A DNA stretch of 64,000 bases, from NCBI GenBank assembly GCA_038064675.1, contig JBBTSM010000003.1, positions 102,663-166,662 on the forward strand, in the 5' to 3' direction. Each line of letters opens with the position of its first letter. Position 1 is the first letter of the stretch. A program made the position numbers and the translations under genes. Shown here in pieces: positions 37,201 through 43,950 of this stretch. This stretch comes from Patescibacteria group bacterium (GTDB lineage Bacteria > Patescibacteriota > Patescibacteriia > UBA9934). The notes beneath the pieces are model-generated. The model was not told the origin of the DNA, made no database searches, and worked only from the letters and a program-made list of their open reading frames with translations.

Positions 37201-37662
37201 TGCGGTATAAGACGCCCCCACTCCACTAAACGCAAAAGCGCCCGTATGGGTCACCGTCTGATTGCCTCCGGTAAAGGTACCCGCTGTTTGTGTATATGCA
37301 CCGGTAAACGTGAGCGCGTCCGTACTTCCATTAAATATCGCCGCTCCTGCAAAAGTGGTGACACCGCTTACCGTAAACGAACGAGCCTGCGTAATTGTTC
37401 CAGTATACCCAGAGTTAATGTTGAATGTCGTCACGCCAGTAGTAAAGCTTGCATCGATGGTGGCGTCCTTTGTGGACGTCGCATCAAAGGTGGCGATATC
37501 GGCCGTTGTTGGTGCCGTATCAAGGGACCAGTTAAAACGATCACTCCAATTATTTGTTGAACCTCCGCCGTCCCATGTTCTCGTGGCGGCCATAGCGGAA
37601 TGAACGGAGACAAAAAAGAACATCCCAAAAACGAGGAATGTCCCGAAGAGATATTTCAGCAT
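28246..37662 (-). CDS. giant (~3138 aa) adhesin-like surface protein: signal peptide, PATR/autotransporter-type beta-helix repeats, ~14 tandem ~100-aa Calx-beta/cadherin-like repeats, a Gly14 linker, the shared C-terminal module and a TSP3-like tail
   Basis: Start at internal MLKYLFGTFLVFGMFFFVSVHSAMA. PATR signature TWDGGGSTNNWSDRFNW. Repeat unit VSVISGNTTEAGGTATFTIVL...VTITGVDD. GGGGGGGGGGGGGG stretch. Ends DGDGYTDYIEILNGFDPYTVAPRP. Confidence 0.65.
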   Translation of the reverse strand: MLKYLFGTFLVFGMFFFVSVHSAMAATRTWDGGGSTNNWSDRFNWSLDTAPTTADIATFDATSTKDATIDASFTTGVTTFNINSGYTGTITQARSFTVSGVTTFAGAAIFNGSTDALTFTGAYTQTAGTFTGGNQTVTHTGAFAFSGVGASYTASIGTTIFSSNFTHTAGTGTFSQASGAVNITGGSTRTFDFATSETFNNVTLNKTTATSLTIASGDTMIVTGTSTLTDGNLTTGTWDARGTTSWASTFDGGTGTLLLGGSATVTATLTSGNTAVNLSVTNTSATVNTSGTGTVAVGALTMSAGTFNANTATVTFSGAVALSGGTYNAPTSGSGTTTFSSTFDQSSNGVFVGGINAVTHTGAFTLSGPGATYTATSGTTTFSAGFTHTAGTGTFTHNSGSVRFSGSASTTNVATTETFNNLELAKNGSTLLTVSSGDTLVATGTLTLTNGGFGTGTVEATSTISLNSGWDGGGGILLIDGTNTQNLPLNGGQAALASTVTLNNANFTFSGTGTGTLTFSAVNLQAGTIDATGYAMTFSGAYNQSGGIFTGGSDTVTHSTYTLSSGTYTATSGTTAISTTWTHSGGTYNHGSGTFSSTGGSSTITVVDQDIFYNATFSVTNSNTRTVTGGTLIIAHTFNFSNAGGGALAATLELRGDITGSGSSFPGSRTISLTGTADQVWSIPSGFSGTFTIDKSAGSVTQSTAITVGTFTFTNGTWNTADLGFTPNSTYTHNGGTINFGASSVTLGSVVIAGGTFNATTATMTVNGSWTHTAGGIFNHNNGSVSMNGSNPTINVNFTETFYTLSVNPTSTNTTTISNSDSLIVLGNLSLGGTNGVIAQTTKPAEGTFQLYGNMTVGASIASSAATVGFYGSGTQHFTESSAKALGNFTIDKSGGSLILDSSLDDGNTTTVTVVNGTLDLNGNTINMNASSSKLIINAGGTLKLQGGETITTTGASYPQWDAGSTIYYYGTSGPYTLKNYSGYKNVVIDGTAATTVFTLPATTSIAENLTVSNGILSLAGFGLTVTGTFSNSDTVRLIGSESLSLTQDTDSGAWIYLGDGDAAADTYTLKDFGATDYYNLTIATTDAADIVQSAGAKVIAGTLAISSGTYDANGQTTTSTGLTTVSGGTYTGGSATQTFDAGLTLSGGTYTGSSGTADVNGTLTLTTGTFTAPTLTTISGNFIKGAATFTHNSGTVTFDANANHSITGSPSWNSLTLQDSSDNATDVVLTIEAGSTQTINGTLTLDGLDASDRLNIVSSSPTTASTFDFEGTSSFSGDYLDITDSIVTDNSSGVSAPINPANSVEGTNTTNWFSSTPAGITVSAISGNTTEAGATATFTIVLDTQPASDVVIGISSNDTSEGTVSAASLTFTNANWSTPQTITVTGVNDDLDDGDIAYSIITAAATSADGNYDSLNAADVSVTNTDNDTSGFTVSVISGDTTEAGGTATFTIVLNAQPTASVSIDLSSNDTTEGTVSPSSLTFTTGNWSTPQTVTITGVDDVVIDGNISFSIVTAAAVSDDLLYNAMNPSDVTVVNDDNDVAGVTVSVISGNTTEAGATATATIVLTAQPTADVSVAISSSDSTEGTVSPASVTFTSGNWSVPQTITVTGVNDDLDDGDIAYSIVTAAATSADLNYDGINPANIAVTNTDNDTSGFTLGAISGNTTEAGGTATFTIVLNAQPTASVSVGLTSNDTTEGTVSPSSLTFTTGNWSTPQTVTVTGVDDLIDDGDVVYAIVTAAATSADTNYNGINASDESVTNTDNDTASATASAISGHTSEDEVATATFTVVLTAQPTADVTIPLSSSDATEGSVGVASLTFTSGNWSTPQTVTVTGVNDYLDDGDVSYSALLGAITSADSAYSGLNPADVTIVNDDDDISGFSVGAISGNTTEAGGTATFTIVLNAQPTASVTIDLSSSDATEGTVVASTSFTTGNWNTPKTITISGVDDVIDDGTVAYSIITAAATSSDTNYNGLNPSDVSVSTTDDDTAGITVGTISGNTTEAGGTATFSIVLDTQPTTDVTVGFSSSDTTEGTVQTSKTFTSGNWNTPQTVTVTGVNDDLDDGDIAFTIVTAAASSADSPYNGLNPGDISATNTDDDVSGFTFGAISGDTTEAGGTATFTIVLNAQPTASVTIGLTSSDLTEGTVSPASLTFTTGNWSTPQTVTATGANDSTIDGNIVYAIVTSAATSDDLLYNGINPSDVSVTNTDDDVAAATIGAISGDTTEAGATATFTIVLNTQPTADVTFDISSSATNEGTVLPATVIFTSENWNAPQTITVTGVDDGAVDGPVAYSIVLGAATSADTNYNALDPADVSVINTDNDAVGVSVSPSSGNTTEAGGTATFTVVLNSQPSADVTIPLSSSNEAEGMLSTLSLTFTSGNWSIPQTITMTGMNDVVVDGDVVYAVVLGAMTSTDPAYSELNPTDVSVTNTDNDAASVLVTQSGGASAVTEVGATDTYTLVLSAQPSSDVTVNLTAAAPVATDVSILTFTSGNWNTPQTVTISVTDDVIAQGTHTHSIDHTTYSSDVLFDALVVVSVSVQVADNDVAGITVGAISGNTSEAGATATFTLVLTSEPIADVRIDISSSDATEGTVSASTATFTSVNWNVPQTITVTGIDDVVNDGTVAYNIILATAVSVDAVYAAINPADLSLSNTDNDTPGFTVVQSEDATAVTEGGAQDAYTIVLKSQPTANVSVFMIGDGDVTTSVSQLTFTAENWSTPQAVTVSAVDDSTIEGAEVHSILHVVSSADSTYAALTIEGVPVTVTDNDPVSTGESGGGGGGGGGGGGGTSTSPTISLRKPTANATYGFGAMSVTWVWTGSIPAVNVYLSLDGGATWALQRYFVTNTGSTTITLDQATTTAEVRIEGTDFIQVLARSVSDTFIVSASASTTSNVDPGTIVDDSTASGAAIAEIAARVASLPASVEIHSLVKLSDDSNAESQYDTTVYYVGADGYRHAFPNPHVYDSWFCSEDHVTVLTPSEMASMPIGPNVTYRPGSRLVKFITDPRVYAVDSDGSLRWVLSETDATTIYGSDWNKKVDDIQDVFYRNYHFGAVLTDLAWRAESIYNLVSYPSDVMHVPGYAVTPGLTNACATSEPVTPTIAAPLDSSSTLDSDGDGYTDYIEILNGFDPYTVAPRP
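29540..33830 (-). repeat. about 14 tandem ~300-bp intragenic repeats inside the giant adhesin gene
   Basis: Tandem protein repeats, plus a run of mutually similar antisense ORFs on the plus strand between 29546 and 33826. Confidence 0.6.
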
Positions 37663-37763
37663 ATTTTTCACATGGTTGGATGGCCAGATAATACCGGTTT
37701 CGTGGCTGCTCGAATACCACGTTATACACATAAAATTACAGGATCGAGATACACTACTCGCAT

Positions 37764-38375
37764 ATGGCATCATGGAGCCCCCAAGAACGCTCAATCCTTC
37801 GAGCGCTCTCCACCCCGGCGAAAATTCAAGACTTCTTGAACGGCCTTCGATTCCGGATTATCGGCAAGAATGAGACATGCCATTCCCCTCGTCTGGTGAT
37901 GCGGTATCGGGAAGCACAATGCGTTGAAGGTGCGATGTTTGCGGCGGCCGCGCTCCGATTCCACGGCTATCGACCGCTCATCGTCGATCTCGTTTCTACC
38001 GCACAGGACCAAGACCACGTCATCGCGGTCTTCCAGATTAATGGGCACTGGGGAGCGATATCAAAAACAAATCACGGCGTGCTCCGATATCGCGAGCCTA
38101 TTTACCGATCGATTCGCGAGCTCGTGATGAGTTACTTTCACGAATACTTCCTCCAATCGAATCGGAAAAAAACTCTCCGAAGTTTTTCGAAGCCCGTTGA
38201 TCTCACCAGATTTGATCACCAAGGATGGGAAACAAGTGAAGAACCGATTTGGTATATTCCAGAATACCTCTTATCGATTCCCCACTCACCAATTCTGAAC
38301 CGATCCCAAATTGCACGATTACGTCTAGCCGACCCCATCGAGGCGCAGATGACGGAAATCGTGGAGTGGGAATGA
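37764..38375 (+). CDS. transglutaminase-like cysteine peptidase superfamily protein, transcribed divergently from the giant adhesin
   Basis: EAQCVEGAMFAAAALRFHGYRPLIV...DHVIAVF fits the Cys-His-Asp transglutaminase-like core. Confidence 0.4.
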   Translation: MASWSPQERSILRALSTPAKIQDFLNGLRFRIIGKNETCHSPRLVMRYREAQCVEGAMFAAAALRFHGYRPLIVDLVSTAQDQDHVIAVFQINGHWGAISKTNHGVLRYREPIYRSIRELVMSYFHEYFLQSNRKKTLRSFSKPVDLTRFDHQGWETSEEPIWYIPEYLLSIPHSPILNRSQIARLRLADPIEAQMTEIVEWE

Positions 38376-38529
38376 CGCCTCCCCCGACCCCTCCATAAAT
38401 GGAGGGGAGAGTATCACTGACATTCGCTCCCCCATTTATGGCGCTCGACGAACCTGAGCTGGGTGAGGAGAGTGAGTTGGAGGGGGCTTATGTAGCGATC
38501 GCGCATGTTTTTTGCTACACTCGCTCCAT

Positions 38530-38682
38530 ATGGAATGTCCAAATTGTAAACGAGGTATGAAATACGTTCGTAATGGAACCAATACCTATGAAGGCATTCG
38601 ATACGACGAAGAAGTCTATCGTTGTCCGTACTGCTATTCGTACGTTACCGAGAGCATCCCAAAGAAAAAGCCAACGGAATAA
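38530..38682 (+). CDS. small zinc-ribbon protein (50 aa, CxxC...CxxC)
   Basis: MECPNCKRGMKYVRNGTNTYEGIRYDEEVYRCPYCYSYVTESIPKKKPTE, followed by a terminator. Not in the ORF track because it is under 60 aa. Confidence 0.4.
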   Translation: MECPNCKRGMKYVRNGTNTYEGIRYDEEVYRCPYCYSYVTESIPKKKPTE

Positions 38683-38686
38683 ACAA

Positions 38687-38716
38687 AACTCCGAGCGCAA
38701 TGCTCGGAGTTTTGGT
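38687..38716 (+). terminator. rho-independent terminator CTCCGAGCG-CAAT-GCTCGGAG plus T-run
   Basis: Read directly. Confidence 0.5.
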
Positions 38717-38723
38717 TTCGCAT

Positions 38724-39035
38724 TTATGCGATCGACTGAATGGTGATCTTGGTCCAAGGCTGACGATGACCAACGTTGCGGCGGTAACGGGTCTTTGGCT
38801 TGTACTTGATAACCGACACCTTTTCGGCACGACCGTGCTCAGAGATAACTGCGGTGACCTTTGCGTCCTTTACTGTTGGGGTTCCAACTTTGACGGTTGC
38901 GCCGTCATCAGAAGCCACGAGCAATGCGTCAAAGGTCATTGAAGCACCAACCTCAAGGTCGATCTTTTCTACGCTGAGCACCTGGCCCTCGCGGACGATG
39001 TGCTGTTTTCCACCTGCGGTAATGACTGCAAACAT
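38724..39035 (-). CDS. rplU: 50S ribosomal protein L21
   Basis: MFAVITAGGKQHIVREGQVL...KYKPKTRYRRNVGHRQ. Confidence 0.85.
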   Translation of the reverse strand: MFAVITAGGKQHIVREGQVLSVEKIDLEVGASMTFDALLVASDDGATVKVGTPTVKDAKVTAVISEHGRAEKVSVIKYKPKTRYRRNVGHRQPWTKITIQSIA

Positions 39036-39049
39036 AGAATATAGAGAAC

Positions 39050-39160
39050 TTCCTCATTTGGCCTATTTTCGACTCACGTCTTCGCAAACTTGCTCAACGC
39101 ACCATGAAGTACGCCTCGCAAGCTTTGCTCGCCGTTCATCGAAACTAGTCTCAAATGTGA
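39050..39160 (+). repeat. copy 1 of a ~110-bp MITE-like intergenic element with terminal inverted repeats CCTCATTTGG / CAAATGAG; sits upstream of rplU
   Basis: About 88% identical to copy 2. Same orientation relative to the downstream gene in all four copies. Confidence 0.55.
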
Positions 39161-39185
39161 AAGTTCTGTTAGATTTGTGCTGCTG

Positions 39186-39214
39186 AGGCGACGAGGAAAC
39201 CCTCGTGCTTTTTT
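39186..39214 (+). terminator. plus-strand terminator GACGAGG-AAAC-CCTCGTG plus T6, located just downstream of repeat copy 1
   Basis: There is no plus-strand gene upstream other than the element. Confidence 0.4.
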
Positions 39215-39247
39215 GCCTATTGCAAGCCAAAATGTGCGAAAAGAGTA

Positions 39248-40291
39248 TCAGGAAGCCTTGGAATCGTCAAGGTATTTCGCTAACAGGCTAATGCCGATAA
39301 TAGCCAAAATTCCAAGAAAACCCAACGCAATCACCTTTTGCCAGCTGGCAAACAGCAGGCTCGTTACCCCAAATGCCAGGGCAAGGAGCGAGTAGAGCAG
39401 CGTAACCTGCCGAGGCGACAGGCCAGCATCGCGAAGCATAAAGTGGAAGTGTCGGCGATCGGCGGTGGTAAACGGGTTCTTCCCTGCTCGCCACCTGCGA
39501 ATCGCGACGAGGCCGACATCAATCGCGGGAATGCCAAGGACGAGAAGTGCCGTGGCCATCTTGCTGCCAGCGATCACAGAGAGAACACCAACCGTGAATC
39601 CAAGAACCGTACTCCCCGATTCTCCAAGGAAGATCTGTGCCGGATGCCAGTTCCAGAGGATGAAGCCCAGAATCGATGCGGAGAAGATCAGAGCAAGAAG
39701 TGCGACATCGGATTGGAAATATGTTGGCGTCAGTGCGAGTGCGGCGATCATGAGTGATCCGACCAATGACACGCTCGATGCCAAGCCATCAACCCCGTCG
39801 AGGAGCTTCGTCGTCATCGTCATCGCAAGAATCCACACGAATGCAACAACCGACGCTACAATCGGCGCGAGTACGATGACCCCACCAAACGGATTCGTCA
39901 TCTTTGCAACGTTGATGCCGCCGAGGACTGCGACAAGGGATGCGAGGACGAACAGCATCATGGAATACTTCGCCGATATCGCGAATCGATCATCAACAAC
40001 ACCGCCGATCGTGAGGATCGCGATTCCGATGAAAAATCCAATGAAGTGATGGACGCCAATCGCGCCACTCGTGAGCTCGGTCGATGAAAGAAGAACGCCG
40101 ATCGTCACCATCGAAAAACTCGCAACGATCGCGAGGCCGCCAAGAAGTGGTGTTGGTTCGCGATGCAATTTTCTGCCACCGTCTGGAGAATCGATCACGC
40201 CGAAGCGCAATGCCAATAATCGAACGACCGGCGTGAGCCAAGCCGAGATCAGGAATGCGAGAGCGATGGGAATTGGCCACCAAGAAACCAT
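39248..40291 (-). CDS. polyprenyl-phosphate N-acetylhexosamine-1-phosphate transferase (MraY/WecA/TagO family, GT4)
   Basis: Multi-pass membrane protein with motif KLLDGVDGLAS. Confidence 0.55.
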   Translation of the reverse strand: MVSWWPIPIALAFLISAWLTPVVRLLALRFGVIDSPDGGRKLHREPTPLLGGLAIVASFSMVTIGVLLSSTELTSGAIGVHHFIGFFIGIAILTIGGVVDDRFAISAKYSMMLFVLASLVAVLGGINVAKMTNPFGGVIVLAPIVASVVAFVWILAMTMTTKLLDGVDGLASSVSLVGSLMIAALALTPTYFQSDVALLALIFSASILGFILWNWHPAQIFLGESGSTVLGFTVGVLSVIAGSKMATALLVLGIPAIDVGLVAIRRWRAGKNPFTTADRRHFHFMLRDAGLSPRQVTLLYSLLALAFGVTSLLFASWQKVIALGFLGILAIIGISLLAKYLDDSKAS

Positions 40292-40309
40292 ATGCGGCCA
40301 GAGTAACGA

Positions 40310-41713
40310 TTAGGACGGCATCAGTCCAGGAATCGCCTCACTCATCGTCGGATATGCGTGAATCATCGATTGAACGGTATCGATCGTAAGTCCAGCGAAC
40401 ATTGCCAACGCAAGCTCGTGAATCACTTCGCCGGATCGATCACCGAGCATCGATGCGCCGAGGATGAGATATGACCTCTTCTCGACGAAGACTTTGAGCA
40501 ACCCAATTCGTTCGCTTTCGATAACAGCGCGACCAAGCGCGCCGACTGGAAATTTCCAGACGGTAAACGATTTCTTTTTTGCGACGAGCTCATCTGGCAT
40601 TGCACCAACCGATGCAAGTTCTGGCGCAACGAATGTTACTCGAGGAACAACGGCAAGATCGACACTCGCGAATTTCTTCTTTCCCTGCGCGAGGAGCGCT
40701 GCGTTCTTTCCGGCAATCGCTCCTTCGTGATGCGCGGTGTGGGTGTATGCCGGCAAACCAGAAACATCTCCAGCAAGAAATATCGCCTGGCCTTTTATGC
40801 GCATCGCGGAATCGATTAGCATCCTGCCCGTCGCATTACGCTTCACGCCGGCATTCTCGAGACCGAGCGATTCAACATTCGGTACACGTCCAGAAGCGAT
40901 GAGAAGCCTTTCGACACGAACAGTTTTTCGTGGTTCAGACTTCGTTTGAAATGTGATACGGATCTGACGACCAGTTTTTGCCACACCAAGCACACGCGTG
41001 TCGCCGTGAAATGTTACGCCGCGATGCATGAGTGTTTTTGCTGCGAGCGCAGCCGTCTCTGCGTCTTCGCGAGGAAGCAAACGATCAGCGATATCGAAAA
41101 CAATGACGGGAATACCAAGCAACGAAAAGAATGTCGCGAACTCGCAACCGATTGGGCCGCTACCGAGAATCGCAATCGATTCTGGCAACTCAGTGATTGA
41201 TGTTGCTTCGCGTGGCGTCCAGTAGTCGACCGAATCAATCCCGGCGATTGGCGGAATCTTTGGCACCGATCCTGTGGCGATAACAAAAGATTTCGCACTA
41301 ATGATGTGCGTGCCGACACGAATCGATTCGTCGTCGATGAAGCTCGCGGCGCCACGGAAGATTGTTACTTTTTCCTTTTCAAGAATCTTCTCCAATCGTC
41401 GGCCGCCAGTCATCGCGTTCACCACGGCGTCTTTACGCTCCATCATCGCTGGAAGATTGAACGTTAACCGCTTCACGTCGATTCCAAATCGCGCACCGTT
41501 TCGTCGAATGTCGTCGTATCGAACCGCCGCAGCGAGCATCGATTTCGTTGGAACACACGCGTAGTTTGGACATTCGCCACCGAGTTTATCGGATGACACA
41601 ATCGCAACGCTCGCGCCTTCTTGTCGCGCAGCAAATGCCGCAGAAAGCCCCGCAGAGCCTCCGCCGATAACGACAACATCGAATCCGGTTTTATGAGCTG
41701 GGGTTTTAGGCAT
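40310..41713 (-). CDS. FAD-dependent pyridine nucleotide-disulfide oxidoreductase (dihydrolipoyl dehydrogenase / mercuric reductase class)
   Basis: GFDVVVIGGGSAG and the redox-active GGECPNYACVPTK motif. Confidence 0.6.
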   Translation of the reverse strand: MPKTPAHKTGFDVVVIGGGSAGLSAAFAARQEGASVAIVSSDKLGGECPNYACVPTKSMLAAAVRYDDIRRNGARFGIDVKRLTFNLPAMMERKDAVVNAMTGGRRLEKILEKEKVTIFRGAASFIDDESIRVGTHIISAKSFVIATGSVPKIPPIAGIDSVDYWTPREATSITELPESIAILGSGPIGCEFATFFSLLGIPVIVFDIADRLLPREDAETAALAAKTLMHRGVTFHGDTRVLGVAKTGRQIRITFQTKSEPRKTVRVERLLIASGRVPNVESLGLENAGVKRNATGRMLIDSAMRIKGQAIFLAGDVSGLPAYTHTAHHEGAIAGKNAALLAQGKKKFASVDLAVVPRVTFVAPELASVGAMPDELVAKKKSFTVWKFPVGALGRAVIESERIGLLKVFVEKRSYLILGASMLGDRSGEVIHELALAMFAGLTIDTVQSMIHAYPTMSEAIPGLMPS

Positions 41714-41807
41714 AATAAAACGGTTGAGGCGGTCAAAATGGTTAATCGGGATTACCCTTGGTTAAGGGAATGACCATTTGACCAAGCGTAGCGATTGACC
41801 GCGCCCA

Positions 41808-43157
41808 TTACACAACAAGCGGTAAATCGCGCCACACCTTTTCGTCGCCGCGCAGTAACGATTCCACGCGATACGCTCCATGTGTTGGGGCATTCGTAAA
41901 TCCGCTCCACGCCATACGCGCGAGCGCCCCGCTCTCGATCCAATCGAATAACCACTCATTCATATACTGCGGCGCAAGACCATCAGCGCCTCCCCCAACG
42001 TACGTCAGCCACGCGCGATTAAAGTCTTCTTGGCTTCCAACCGTTGGCGCCATGATGATTGGAATTGCTAAGCCGGTGTAGAACGAAAGCTCGGACGGCT
42101 TCGTCCAAAGAATATCCGTCTTGCGCATCAATTTTGAAAACGCAGAAAAATACGCGGGACGATTGTCTTCAAAAAGAATGGTAACTTTTCCTGCACGCTT
42201 TGCACTTACCAATCCATCCAAACGAATCTCGCGTTCAAAGAATTCGTTCACTTCCGGTCGCGTTCCCGCAACAAGGTTCACGATGATTCGTCCAGCACGA
42301 ATATCCCCAGCTAACGATCGAAGCGCGAGAGCCACGACCTCGCGCTGCGTGCCCGCACCGCCAACCGCAAACGTAATCGATGGCGTGGTCGGTTTCACCG
42401 CACAAAACTGTTTTCCGAATGTTGCGTCGAGAAGTGAATGTGCTTTAGCAACAAAATTTCCATGCGGATCAAGATTGCACATGCGTCGTTGTAAATCCGC
42501 GCGCACATATTCTGGAACGTGCGGGCCACCAACCGTTTCAAATGGCAACGGGAATCCTGTCAGCGTAATGTTCTTTTCTTTCACGCCGTACAACTTCAAT
42601 CGCTCAACGACTCGTCCGGTTGGTGCCAAGTATTTGATTCTGCTCTTCTTCGGATTAAGGGGCACCCAAGCTCTTGCGATATCTGCATCACAAAGCACGA
42701 TGTAAATATCCTCAGGATAATCGAACTCCTCTGCGGCAAATGCGGGAGTGAAGAATGTAGAAACAATCGGCAGCGGCCGTTCCTTGAATCGTTCGATGAG
42801 ATCGCGACACATCCCTTGCCGACGAATCAGTGCGTACGTTTGCCGAACCTGCAGGCTTGGTTTCGAAAGATCACGACGCGGATAAAACTCCGGAATACGC
42901 TGCATCTTATCCATGATGCCGAATGCCGTCGTCCCGAGGATTGGGACGTTCTTAAATCGTGAAACAAATTCGTAAAAACTCTTCCCCGTTTCCCAAAGCC
43001 TTCGCTCATGCGCCGGAATGCCAGGATAATCATTTGCCACCGTTACTTGCCCACCAGGAGCAAGGTGCCGCAACGCAAACGCGGCCCGCTCGTGGCCATA
43101 ACCCATATTGACCGCAACAACGTGCGCCAATGCTTTCCCCCTTATTTTCTCCTCCAT
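41808..43157 (-). CDS. hypothetical protein, possibly a GT-B glycosyltransferase
   Basis: N-terminal VAVNMGYGHERAA resembles the G-x-GH motif of MGDG-synthase/UgtP-like enzymes. Weak evidence. Confidence 0.3.
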   Translation of the reverse strand: MEEKIRGKALAHVVAVNMGYGHERAAFALRHLAPGGQVTVANDYPGIPAHERRLWETGKSFYEFVSRFKNVPILGTTAFGIMDKMQRIPEFYPRRDLSKPSLQVRQTYALIRRQGMCRDLIERFKERPLPIVSTFFTPAFAAEEFDYPEDIYIVLCDADIARAWVPLNPKKSRIKYLAPTGRVVERLKLYGVKEKNITLTGFPLPFETVGGPHVPEYVRADLQRRMCNLDPHGNFVAKAHSLLDATFGKQFCAVKPTTPSITFAVGGAGTQREVVALALRSLAGDIRAGRIIVNLVAGTRPEVNEFFEREIRLDGLVSAKRAGKVTILFEDNRPAYFSAFSKLMRKTDILWTKPSELSFYTGLAIPIIMAPTVGSQEDFNRAWLTYVGGGADGLAPQYMNEWLFDWIESGALARMAWSGFTNAPTHGAYRVESLLRGDEKVWRDLPLVV

Positions 43158-43167
43158 ACGCTTAGGG

Positions 43168-43280
43168 CTTCCTCATTTGGTCTATTTTCGACTCACTTCG
43201 TCGCAAAATCGCTCAACGTACCATAAAGTACGCCTCGCGATCTTTGCTCCTCGTTCATCGAAACTAGCCTCAAATGAGAA
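43168..43280 (+). repeat. copy 2 of the MITE-like element, upstream of gene 41808..43157
   Basis: Aligned to copy 1. Confidence 0.55.
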
Positions 43281-43305
43281 ACCCCTAATTTGAATAAATC
43301 ATATC

Positions 43306-43338
43306 ATAAATCGAAGACCGCTCTCAGTGTTGAAAGCG
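43306..43338 (+). terminator. plus-strand terminator GACCGCT...AGCGGTC plus T7, downstream of repeat copy 2
   Basis: Same arrangement as at copy 1. Confidence 0.4.
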
Positions 43339-43353
43339 GTCTTTTTTTCTTTT

Positions 43354-43764
43354 CTATGCAAGTTTTCGTTCCAGTCGCGTTACCCGAGCATTTAACGTGT
43401 TGAACTGCGGCTGAATATTATCTTCAATAATGTCGATGATCTCATCACGCATATTGGAAAATCCTTTTTCCATTGTGGCTATAAGCTCTCCGCGAACCCG
43501 ATCAATTTTCTGATCGAGTCCCATGTGGACGCTGTCCATCTTCTGATTGAGTGACTCGTAAACGCCGTCGATCTTTTTATCAAGAGATTCGTAAACGGAA
43601 TCAATCTTCTGATCCAGCCCCTCGCGAACGCCGTCGATCTTCTGATCGAGAGCCCCATGGACACCATCGATCTTCTGATCGAGAGCGTTAAATCGCTTCT
43701 CGAACTTCTCATCCTGCACTGAAAACATTTCTCGTAACACCTGAATATCACTGGCATCAAGCAT
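43354..43764 (-). CDS. coiled-coil protein with six tandem 11-residue (hendecad) repeats LDQKIDGVxxx
   Basis: ALDQKIDGVHG ALDQKIDGVRE GLDQKIDSVYE SLDKKIDGVYE SLNQKMDSVHM GLDQKIDRVRG. Confidence 0.5.
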   Translation of the reverse strand: MLDASDIQVLREMFSVQDEKFEKRFNALDQKIDGVHGALDQKIDGVREGLDQKIDSVYESLDKKIDGVYESLNQKMDSVHMGLDQKIDRVRGELIATMEKGFSNMRDEIIDIIEDNIQPQFNTLNARVTRLERKLA

Positions 43765-43950
43765 AAATTTTGATGCTACACGAGCCTCCGCCGCCTTCCC
43801 TCGCGCGCGTGTCGTGAGAATAAATTCCAGTCACCAGGGAATGATTTTATATTAGCACAATTTCTCCGCCGAACCAACGACGAATATTTGCCCTAAAAGT
43901 CGAAAAGCGCCTCCCTGCGTGGAGGCGCCCTCGTGGATCCGTGATGGGGA

